From positions 1-14,765 of the forward strand of contig JAWODM010000047.1 in assembly GCA_046483305.1 (NCBI GenBank): DNA of 14,765 nt. Direction: 5' to 3'. Position 1 is the stretch's first letter. Each line of letters opens with the position of its first letter. Origin of the DNA: Candidatus Krumholzibacteriales bacterium (GTDB taxonomy: Bacteria; Krumholzibacteriota; Krumholzibacteriia; Krumholzibacteriales; WJIX01). A program made the position numbers and the translations under genes. Below the pieces are notes generated by a model. It saw only the letters and a program-made list of their open reading frames with translations, made no database searches and was not told the origin of the DNA. Shown here piece by piece: positions 7,779-14,765 of the stretch.

Positions 7779-10700
7779 CTATTTCTTCCTGGTCCAGAGT
7801 TTTACTTCCTGGCCGCTGAGCTCGAAACCGGTTTCATGTGGCCATTCCTTCTCGCCATTTTCGATCGATTCCGTCAAAGTCTCGTTACGGATATATTCGC
7901 CATATTCTTCCATTACTTCTTCTATATCTTTACTCCCGGTGAATGCAAGCATTATTCTGTCGCTTACCTCAAAACCGGATTCCTTCCGGAAATTCTGGAT
8001 CCGGTTAACCAGGTCCCTGGCCATCCCTTCCCTTATCAGTTCCGGGGTAAGCAGTGTTTTTATTATCGCCGTAATTTCCCCGTCATGCCCGGCCATGTAA
8101 TCATCCGCCACTTCCCTCTCTATATTCACCTCTTCCAGCTTCAGTTTTTCCTTCTCCCCGCCCAGTTCAAAGATGATTTCTCCCCGGGATTCCAGCTTCC
8201 TGACGGTGTCCTGTGGAAAGCTCTCTATCTCCCCGGCGGCATCCTTCATCTTACTGCCGAACCTCTTGCCCAGAATAGAATACTCCGGTTTGGCCCTGAG
8301 CGTGATGTAATCCCTGGTACTTTCGATTCTGGAAACCTTCTTGATATTCAGTTCGCTCCTGACCAGCGCCAGGTAATCCTCATCGTCCAGCCAGTCCAGC
8401 CTGTCCTCTCCGGCGGAGTAGACCAGGAGCTCGGACAGGGGAGTCCGGACCTTTATGCCGGCCCGGTTTCTGGCAGCTCTTCCGGCGGTAACTACCCGGA
8501 GCACTTCTTCCATTTTTCTTTCAAGCTCGGGGTCGATCCTGTCCGGTTCCGGCTGCGGGTAATCCGAAAGGTGAACACTGGAGCCTTCCCGGAGGTCCGT
8601 AGCCTGAAGCCTGAGAAAAACCGCTTCGCTTATGAACGGAAGTACCGGGGCCATCAGCCTTGAAATATCCCTCAGAACCAGGTAGAAGGTCTCGTAAGCA
8701 TCCCGCTTGTCGCCGCTCATCTCGTTCTTCCAGAATCTTCTCCTGCAGCTTCTCAGGTACCAGTTGCTCAGCTCATCCACAACAAAGCGGTCCAGGATCC
8801 TTCCGGCTCTGGTTATATCGTAATCCTCCAGGGCTTCGGTAACATCCTTTACCGTGGAGTTGAACCGGGAGAGCAGCCACCGGTCCATTATATTATCTGT
8901 TCCCGCCTCGAGGGAGGGGACGAATTCATCTATCCTCGCGTACATGGCAAAGAAATTGTAGAGATTCCGGAAGGTCCCCACGAATCTGTTGGCTGAATCG
9001 AGCAGGGCCTCGGAATCAAACCTCTTGGGCAGGTGGGGGGCTCCCGAGGTCATCAGGAACCACCTCAGGGCATCCGCCCCGAACTGCTCCAGCGCTTCGC
9101 TTGCGTATACCGCGTTGCCGCGTGACTTGCTCATCTTGAGGCCCTCGTTGTCGAGCACCATCCCGTGGGGAAGGCACCTGCGGTAAGGGCTCTCTTTTGT
9201 AAGGAAGGCGCCTATTACCAGCAGGGAATAGAACCATCCTCTGGACTGATCGACTCCCTCGCTGATGAATTCAGCCGGATACTGCCTCTTGAATTTATTT
9301 ATATTCTCTATCGGGTAATGATACTGGGCGAAAGGCATCGAACCGGAATCAAACCAGCAGTCGATAACCTCGCTCTCCCTGGTCATCTTGCCTCCGCATT
9401 CGGGGCATCCCACATCCAGGTCATCCACGAAAGGTTTATGCAGGTCAAAATCCTCCGGCATCCGCTCGCTGATGGAGCGAAGCTCCCTCATATCCCCTAT
9501 ACAGTACTTCTCGCCGCAGGAATCGCAGGTCCAGATGTTCAGGGGGGTTCCCCAGTACCTCTCCCTGCTGAGGGCCCAGTCCACATTCCCCTCCAGCCAC
9601 CTGGCGAATCTCTTCTCTCCCACGTCGGGAGGGTACCACTGAACATTCGAATTGGCCGATATCAGGAGGTCCTTGAAGGCGGTGGTTTTGATATACCATG
9701 AACGCCTGGCGTAATAGAGCAGGGGCGAATCGCACCTCCAGCAGAACGGATATGAATGTCTGATCTCTTCGCTGCGGTACAGCAGGCCTCTCTCCTCCAG
9801 GTCGGCGATTATCTCCTCATCGCAATCCTTGACGAACCGCCCGGCCCACTTCTCGATTTCATCGGTGAACCTGCCTTCCCGATCGACCGGCTGGACGAAG
9901 GGAAGGTTTTCTTCGGTTCCCGCCCGGTAGTCATCCTCGCCGAAAGCCGGAGCGGTATGCACTATTCCGGTACCGTCGGTGAGAGTAACAAAGTCTGCCT
10001 CGATAACCCTGAACCCGCCTTCGGCGTCTTTAAAATAGGGGAAGCAGGGCTCATACCTCCTGCCCGCCAGTTTGCTCCCCTTGAATTTTTCCAGGACTTC
10101 GTAATCCCCTTCCAGCACTCCCAGCAGCGCCTCGGCCAGTACCAGTATATCCCCCTCATGCCTGATCTTCACGTAATCATATTCCGGCCCCACCGCCAGC
10201 GCCACATTGGAGATCAGGGTCCAGGGAGTGGTGGTCCATACCAGGAAATAACCCTCTTCTCCCGCTATCTTCAGTTTGAAATAGATGGAAGGGTCTGCCA
10301 CTTCCCGGTAACCCTGAGAAACCTCGTGGCTGGACAGGGAAGTCCCGCACCTGGGGCAGTAGGGAACGATCTTGTGCCCCTCATACAGGTAACCCTGGTC
10401 CCAGAACTGCTTGAGGATCCACCAGACCGACTCAATATATTCATTGGTGCAGGTCACGTAGGGATCGTCCAGGTCAAGCCAGAACCCCAGCTTCCTGGTG
10501 AACTCATGCCATTCGTCCAGGTATTTGAACACCGATTTGCGGCATTCCGCGTTGAACTCCGCAACCCCGTATTCCTCTATCTGGTCCTTGCCGTCGAGGC
10601 CCAGCTTGTTCTCCACCTCGATCTCAACCGGAAGCCCGTGGGTATCCCAGCCGGCCTTCCTCTCCACCCTGAACCCGCGCATGGTTTTGTACCGGCAGAT

Positions 10701-10925
10701 GATATCCTTGATAGTCCTGGACATGGCGTGGTGCACCCCGGGCCTGCCGTTGGCTGTGGGAGGGCCTTCGTAAAAAACAAAACAGTTGTCCTCCGGCCTC
10801 TCCCGTACGCTCCGGTGGAAGATATCGTGCTTTTCCCAGTACCGGAGAAGCTCCTCTTCCCCGGTCACAGCATCGGCCTGAGAATGCAGGCCGGGATAAA
10901 TCTCAGTGGTTTTTTCTTCGCTCAT
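7779..10925 (-). CDS. ileS: Isoleucine--tRNA ligase, type 2 (IleRS2)
   Basis: FYEGPPTANG, GWDTHGLPVE, WTTTPWTL, GTGIVH.AP.FGEDD, DWALSRERYWGTP, DQSRGWF, KMSKS. About 1050 aa with a type-2 C-terminus (EGMARDLVNRIQNFRK) and no C-terminal zinc finger. ATG at 10925 follows GGAG (track start is TTG at 10931). Confidence 0.97.
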   Translation of the reverse strand: MSEEKTTEIYPGLHSQADAVTGEEELLRYWEKHDIFHRSVRERPEDNCFVFYEGPPTANGRPGVHHAMSRTIKDIICRYKTMRGFRVERKAGWDTHGLPVEIEVENKLGLDGKDQIEEYGVAEFNAECRKSVFKYLDEWHEFTRKLGFWLDLDDPYVTCTNEYIESVWWILKQFWDQGYLYEGHKIVPYCPRCGTSLSSHEVSQGYREVADPSIYFKLKIAGEEGYFLVWTTTPWTLISNVALAVGPEYDYVKIRHEGDILVLAEALLGVLEGDYEVLEKFKGSKLAGRRYEPCFPYFKDAEGGFRVIEADFVTLTDGTGIVHTAPAFGEDDYRAGTEENLPFVQPVDREGRFTDEIEKWAGRFVKDCDEEIIADLEERGLLYRSEEIRHSYPFCWRCDSPLLYYARRSWYIKTTAFKDLLISANSNVQWYPPDVGEKRFARWLEGNVDWALSRERYWGTPLNIWTCDSCGEKYCIGDMRELRSISERMPEDFDLHKPFVDDLDVGCPECGGKMTRESEVIDCWFDSGSMPFAQYHYPIENINKFKRQYPAEFISEGVDQSRGWFYSLLVIGAFLTKESPYRRCLPHGMVLDNEGLKMSKSRGNAVYASEALEQFGADALRWFLMTSGAPHLPKRFDSEALLDSANRFVGTFRNLYNFFAMYARIDEFVPSLEAGTDNIMDRWLLSRFNSTVKDVTEALEDYDITRAGRILDRFVVDELSNWYLRSCRRRFWKNEMSGDKRDAYETFYLVLRDISRLMAPVLPFISEAVFLRLQATDLREGSSVHLSDYPQPEPDRIDPELERKMEEVLRVVTAGRAARNRAGIKVRTPLSELLVYSAGEDRLDWLDDEDYLALVRSELNIKKVSRIESTRDYITLRAKPEYSILGKRFGSKMKDAAGEIESFPQDTVRKLESRGEIIFELGGEKEKLKLEEVNIEREVADDYMAGHDGEITAIIKTLLTPELIREGMARDLVNRIQNFRKESGFEVSDRIMLAFTGSKDIEEVMEEYGEYIRNETLTESIENGEKEWPHETGFELSGQEVKLWTRKK

Positions 10926-10958
10926 ATTCAAGCTCCAACCATATCTCTTTGCTCGGTA

Positions 10959-11025
10959 TATTATTAAATCCGCTGCCGGTTTGCAATATACGAAATTCTA
11001 TAATCGAAAACCAGCCGCAGGTCAA
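10959..11025 (-). promoter_or_regulatory. Candidate tandem sigma70 promoters for the ileS operon
   Basis: Minus strand TTGACC-N17-TATAGA(AT), followed by TTGCAA-N17-TAATAT, in the AT-rich gap before ileS. Confidence 0.35.
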
Positions 11026-11029
11026 GCTC

Positions 11030-11857
11030 TTATAGTCTTTTTAGAAACTCGGTGATTAATCCGCAGAGTTTCTTCTCGCCCCTGCGGGCAACTTTCAATA
11101 TTTCTCTTATATCCGCGGGCTTGAGGCAGTCCGGAAATGCTTCGTCTGTAACCACCGAGATTCCAAGCACTTTCATCCCTCCGTGAACCGCCGCGATATT
11201 CTCCGGCACCATCGACATGCCGACCACATCGGCTCCGATCCTTCTGAGGAACCGGTACTCCGCGGCGGTTTCCAGATTGGGGCCGGCCACCGCCGCCAGA
11301 ACGCCTCTTTTCAGCTGAATCCCCAGATCCAGTCCGGCCTTTTCTATCCTGGTGATATAATTCCTGTTGTACGGCATGCTCATATCGGGAAATCTGGGGC
11401 CCAGCCTCTCGTCGTTCGGCCCTATCAGTGGATTATCTCCCATAAGGTTGATATGATCGGTTATAACTATCAGGTCTCCCGGCTCAAACTGGGGGTTCAT
11501 GCCGCCCACCGCCGAGGTCATTATCAGGGAACGGGCGCCCAGGGCGCGCATAACCCTTACCGGGAAGGTGACCTCCTTCATGCTGTAGCCCTCGTAGTAG
11601 TGAACCCTGCCCTCCATCGCCACTATCCTCTTTCCGCCCAGCTCGCCCAGTATCAGGTTCCCGGCGTGAATACCCTCTACGGTGGAAACCGGAAAACCTT
11701 CGATTTCGGAATACGGCATCCTGCTCTTTACCCTGATCTTCGATGCCAGCCCCCCCAGCCCGCTTCCGAGGATTATCCCGAAAGACGGATTTTTCATTTT
11801 TACCTGTTTTCTTATATACCGGGCGCTTTTTTGAACCCTCTGATATAAATTATCCAT
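11030..11857 (-). CDS. Purine nucleoside phosphorylase (trimeric PNP/XapA-like family)
   Basis: GIILGSGLG, GRVHYYEG, DHINLMGDNPLIG, GPRFPDM, GPNLETAAE, GADVVGMS motifs. GGAGG RBS. Confidence 0.93.
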   Translation of the reverse strand: MDNLYQRVQKSARYIRKQVKMKNPSFGIILGSGLGGLASKIRVKSRMPYSEIEGFPVSTVEGIHAGNLILGELGGKRIVAMEGRVHYYEGYSMKEVTFPVRVMRALGARSLIMTSAVGGMNPQFEPGDLIVITDHINLMGDNPLIGPNDERLGPRFPDMSMPYNRNYITRIEKAGLDLGIQLKRGVLAAVAGPNLETAAEYRFLRRIGADVVGMSMVPENIAAVHGGMKVLGISVVTDEAFPDCLKPADIREILKVARRGEKKLCGLITEFLKRL

Positions 11858-12012
11858 TTATAACCTCCGGGATTCCGGTTATAACTTCATAATAGTTGTT
11901 TTATTTTCCAATCCGCGGGTTTTTAAGAATAAAACATAAACCGGCCTGAACTGGCAAGTTTAATCATCCGGTATATAATAAATATCCCCTGTAAAGAAAA
12001 GTATATATTACA

Positions 12013-12044
12013 CGCCAGGCCCCGGCTTCTGCCGGAACCTGGCG
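12013..12044 (-). terminator. GC-rich hairpin downstream of divIVA; candidate terminator
   Basis: CGCCAGG...CCTGGCG outer stem with inner CCGGC/GCCGG, 24 nt after the divIVA stop. The minus-strand sequence that follows is AT-rich but has no immediate poly-U. Confidence 0.5.
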
Positions 12045-12068
12045 CACCAGGTTTATTCCGCGGCCGGT

Positions 12069-13217
12069 TTAATTATCGTCGGTGATATTGGTCAGATTCT
12101 TCCTGAACTCTTCCATTGACCAGGAGTTTTCATCCTGCCTGTCCTCCGCATCCTCCTCCGGTGCAGGCGCGTCTTCTTCCGGCTGCGCCTGCCGGTCGGC
12201 CTGCTGATCCTTCTCCTGAGAGTGATCTGCTTTCTCCGGTTCAGAAGAGCTTTCCTGCAGGCCGGATAGAGCGTCATTCAGCTCGTCAGCCTGAGAGGCG
12301 TCCTCCGGCTGCTCATCCGGAGTTGAAACCTCATATTTACTCCAGTCGGTCTCGCCCCTGTCCACCTGGTATCCCTTCCACTTATCGGCGCCCTTTTCCG
12401 GTTGCGGCGAAGTACTGTCTTCTTCCGCCGGGGATACCGCGTCGACCCACTGGTCCACTGAATCTTCCGGCTGTTCTTCCGGCCCGCCCGTCTGCTCTTT
12501 TACTTCAGGGCCGCTCTCCGGGGCCTTTTCAGCCCGGTCACCCGGCTCATTCCCTTCCGGAATCCCGGCTTCCGCCGGGGGATCATCGTTCATTTCCGGA
12601 CTGCTCTCTTCAGCAGGCTGCTGCGGCCGGGGTGTTTTGTCCTCTGCCGGCTCATGAGAGAACTCCTCGGTTATTCTCTCCCTGCTCATCCTGTGGTGGG
12701 GATCATTCTCATCAGGGCGGTGGTCAGATTCATAATTCCTATTTTCCATTTCCGCTTCTGAGTACGCGAAATCACTCTCAGAATTGAGTATCATCTGGCG
12801 ATGAGTGTCTATAAGCGTCTTGAATCTGACTATATAGTTCTCCTTCTGCTTTCTCAGCTCCAGGACCTCGTTTCTCAGCCGCTCCGCTTCGGCTCTTACC
12901 CTCTGGCTCGCTTTCTCGGCTTCTATCTCCGCCTCCTTGATGATCAGGGCGGCTTCGTGCCTGGCGTTTTCCCTTGCCTCGGCGGTAAGCTTCTCGGCGG
13001 TCAGCAGGGTGTCGCGCAGGTTGTTTTCCATGTTCTTGAATTCCTTCAGCCGCTCCCTCAGATCGACTATATGTTCCCTGAGCTGTTTGTTATCGTTGAG
13101 AATATTTTCGTATTCCTGCGCCACCGTGTTGAGAAAGGCGTAGACCTCATCCGTATCCAGCCCCCTCATGCCCCTCTTGAACTCCTGTTTTCTGATGTCC
13201 AGCGGTGTTATCCTCAT
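12069..13217 (-). CDS. divIVA: DivIVA-domain protein with long acidic, Pro-rich C-terminal extension
   Basis: MRITPLDIRKQEFKRGMRGLDTDEVYAFL N-terminal motif plus coiled coil (about 150 aa). AGGAGG RBS and TATAAT at 13244-13239. Follows yggS-yggT as in known clusters. Confidence 0.88.
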   Translation of the reverse strand: MRITPLDIRKQEFKRGMRGLDTDEVYAFLNTVAQEYENILNDNKQLREHIVDLRERLKEFKNMENNLRDTLLTAEKLTAEARENARHEAALIIKEAEIEAEKASQRVRAEAERLRNEVLELRKQKENYIVRFKTLIDTHRQMILNSESDFAYSEAEMENRNYESDHRPDENDPHHRMSRERITEEFSHEPAEDKTPRPQQPAEESSPEMNDDPPAEAGIPEGNEPGDRAEKAPESGPEVKEQTGGPEEQPEDSVDQWVDAVSPAEEDSTSPQPEKGADKWKGYQVDRGETDWSKYEVSTPDEQPEDASQADELNDALSGLQESSSEPEKADHSQEKDQQADRQAQPEEDAPAPEEDAEDRQDENSWSMEEFRKNLTNITDDN

Positions 13218-13287
13218 CTTGAATCCTCCTGCTCACAGATTATATTTTTTTCATGAAACCCAGTATAAAGCATAACAAAAAAAGATT

Positions 13288-13518
13288 CTACAAATTACCC
13301 CTCTTAATAAAGAAAACTATCAGGCGGAGTATAGCTATCAGAACTATCGCCGCCAGATCTATTTTCATTACAGGCATCAGTTTTCTCAGCGGGGAAAGTA
13401 TAAAAGAAAAAAGCCGGTCCATCGCGGAATAGACCCTGCCTCTGGCTTCCCCCACCAGCTGAAGCATTACATAAACAAGCAACAGCAGGCTGACAACATT
13501 TAACGTAGCAATTATCAA
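13288..13518 (-). CDS. yggT: YggT/YlmG-family membrane protein
   Basis: 76 aa, two hydrophobic segments, ILSPLRKLMP..IDLAAIV matching the P.L.P.RR..P...D.S pattern. Lies between yggS and divIVA. Confidence 0.8.
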   Translation of the reverse strand: MIIATLNVVSLLLLVYVMLQLVGEARGRVYSAMDRLFSFILSPLRKLMPVMKIDLAAIVLIAILRLIVFFIKRGNL

Positions 13519-13536
13519 TCCAACCGGGTCTGTAAC

Positions 13537-13565
13537 AAAGTAGCCGATAAGTCATATGGTGACAA
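13537..13565 (-). promoter_or_regulatory. Putative sigma70 promoter for yggT-divIVA
   Basis: Minus strand TTGTCA (13565-13560), 17-nt spacer, TACTTT (13542-13537). Confidence 0.4.
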
Positions 13566-13590
13566 GCTGTTATAAGACCATAAAATTCCG

Positions 13591-13653
13591 GATTGCCTGA
13601 AGCGGAATAAAGAAAAACAGCCGGGCCGGCCAATTTTCTGCCTTCAGGCATTC
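13591..13653. repeat. Imperfect inverted repeat immediately after the yggS stop
   Basis: GATTGCCTGAAG (13591-13602) versus CTTCAGGCATTC (13642-13653): 11 of 12 complementary, with partial inner pairing. Confidence 0.5.
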
Positions 13654-13656
13654 ATA

Positions 13657-14346
13657 TCACTTCTGCCTGGGGCCGAAAAGCACCCTCCCCAGCCTGAGCA
13701 GGGTAGCTCCTTCTTCAACGGCGTACTCGAAATCGTCGGACATCCCCATGGAGAGATGCTCCATCGAAACGCCTCGGATACCCCTCTCCGCTATTTCATC
13801 ACGAAGCAGCCGGAGCGCGGAAAAGGAATTTCTCAGGACCTGCGGGTCGTCAACCCAGGGCGCCATGGTCATCAGCCCCCTTATCCGGACTCCCTCCATC
13901 TGAGCCGCTTCCCCGCAGAATCTTACCGCCTCGTCCGGTTCTATCCCGTATTTTGAGTCCTCTCCGCTGGTATTCACCTGAACCAGGACATCGGTAACTA
14001 TTTCCTCCCTCAGGCTTCTCCCGTTAAGCTCCCTGGCCAGGCGGATTGAATCGAGCGAATGTATAAGCTCGAAGCGGCCGATTATCTTTTTGACCTTGTT
14101 CCTCTGAAGATGCCCCACCAGGTGCCAGCGGCAGTCCGCGGCTACCTTCTCCGATTTTTCCAGGAATTCCTGGACCTTGTTCTCGCCGACATCGCTGAGC
14201 CCGGCGGATACCGCTTCATCCACGGTACCGGGAGGATGGGTCTTGGTTATGGCGACTATCCTGACCTCTGAAGGGTCCCTGCCCGCCCTTTCGGCGGCAG
14301 CGGCGATCCTCTCCCGGACAGCCTTCAGGTTCTCTGTAAGAGACAC
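13657..14346 (-). CDS. yggS: PLP homeostasis protein YggS (PLPBP)
   Basis: IVAITKT (PLP Lys), GENKVQE, WHLVGHLQRNKVK, QVNTSGEDSKYG, GLMTMAP, LSMGMSDDF, LRLGRVLFG. GTG start with AGGAGG RBS. Confidence 0.96.
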   Translation of the reverse strand: MSLTENLKAVRERIAAAAERAGRDPSEVRIVAITKTHPPGTVDEAVSAGLSDVGENKVQEFLEKSEKVAADCRWHLVGHLQRNKVKKIIGRFELIHSLDSIRLARELNGRSLREEIVTDVLVQVNTSGEDSKYGIEPDEAVRFCGEAAQMEGVRIRGLMTMAPWVDDPQVLRNSFSALRLLRDEIAERGIRGVSMEHLSMGMSDDFEYAVEEGATLLRLGRVLFGPRQK

Positions 14347-14457
14347 TTGTCACACCTCCTTACTGGGTAAACATTGTAACTCTTTATCCGGAGCAGTTCA
14401 ACCGCCGGAGGGCAGTTTTCTGCGGAGATTTATAATTACCGGCACGGGAAGGGGGCG

Positions 14458-14579
14458 AAAGTGGCAGAATATTTACCGCCAACACTGAAGCTGTCACCCC
14501 CGGCAGGGAGATGACAGAGCGGGCTGGGCCAGGCTTTCAGCGGGAAAGCTTACGGCGGCATATTCTGAAAGTTCACTTT
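14458..14579 (-). other. Nested stem-loop element in the yggS/OPT divergent intergenic region; candidate structured RNA
   Basis: Four nested complementary pairs closing an 11-bp hairpin at 14491-14517. Several pairs are G.U on the minus strand but A/C mismatches on the plus strand. Confidence 0.35.
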
Positions 14580-14588
14580 TCATTTACC

Positions 14589-14618
14589 TTGAAATAGGAT
14601 AACCATTATCTGTAGAAT
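14589..14618 (+). promoter_or_regulatory. Putative sigma70 promoter for the OPT transporter
   Basis: TTGAAA (14589-14594), 18-nt spacer, TAGAAT (14613-14618). AAAGGA RBS before the ATG at 14646. Confidence 0.5.
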
Positions 14619-14645
14619 TGTATTTTTCAGAAAGGATGTAAAACC

Positions 14646-14765
14646 ATGGGAAATAGCGAAAAGTTTATTCCGTACATACCGGCGGAGGAGCAGATGCCGG
14701 AGTTTACCTTCCGGGCTGTAATGCTGGGGGCGGTGCTGGGCCTGGTATTCAGCGCCGTTACCGTC
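14646..14765 (+). CDS. OPT-family oligopeptide transporter, N-terminus (runs off the window)
   Basis: Hand translation MGNSEKFIPYIPAEEQMPEFTFRAVMLGAVLGLVFSAVTV... matches the F.PY.P....PE.T.RA..LG..LG..F N-terminus of bacterial OPT transporters. Confidence 0.8.
   Translation, partial: MGNSEKFIPYIPAEEQMPEFTFRAVMLGAVLGLVFSAVTV

Noticed and set aside
10932..11029. T-box leader for ileS
   Set aside because: The gap is only about 100 nt, with no T-box consensus and no terminator/antiterminator.
13304..13651. Cys-rich 115-aa minus-strand ORF starting just after yggS
   Set aside because: It overlaps yggT in another frame, runs through a hairpin and a promoter-like site, and resembles no family I recognise.
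577..14488. Many long plus-strand ORFs (e.g. 2807-3727, 5949-6980, 7722-8663, 9756-10967, 12116-12787)
   Set aside because: They are antisense shadows of well-supported minus-strand genes and show no recognisable motifs.
1..14765. CRISPR array, tandem repeat array, programmed frameshift or selenocysteine recoding
   Set aside because: I saw no regularly spaced direct repeats. The recognised proteins are full length in single frames with their C-terminal motifs before the stops, apart from the OPT gene, which is cut by the window edge.

Overview
Mostly a core-genome bacterial housekeeping cluster of about 50-55% GC. The gene set suggests an FCB-group lineage, but that is an inference. In transcription order on the minus strand it runs yggS, yggT, divIVA-like (long acidic tail), purine nucleoside phosphorylase, ileS (type 2), DksA/TraR C4 zinc finger, lspA, rluD, STAS anti-anti-sigma, RsbW-like kinase, membrane GAF-PP2C phosphatase, ruvX, mltG, larE and a 52-aa DUF3098-like membrane protein missed by the ORF track. 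A divergent OPT-family transporter starts at the right edge. Main observations: (1) just downstream of the small gene is an isolated 15-nt tRNA 5' end (GGGCGATTAGCTCAG, Val-like) that stops in the D-loop and is followed by 29% GC DNA, suggesting an element integrated at the 5'/D-loop end of a tRNA gene; (2) IleRS has the swapped GVHH signature linked to mupirocin hyper-resistance; (3) a roughly 120-nt nested RNA structure upstream of yggS folds better on the minus strand; (4) a complete partner-switching module with no sigma factor is embedded in the housekeeping operon; (5) the DivIVA tail carries repeated Trp motifs; (6) LarE is an orphan of the CxxC-C type; (7) the PNP has Asp at the Asn243-equivalent position.
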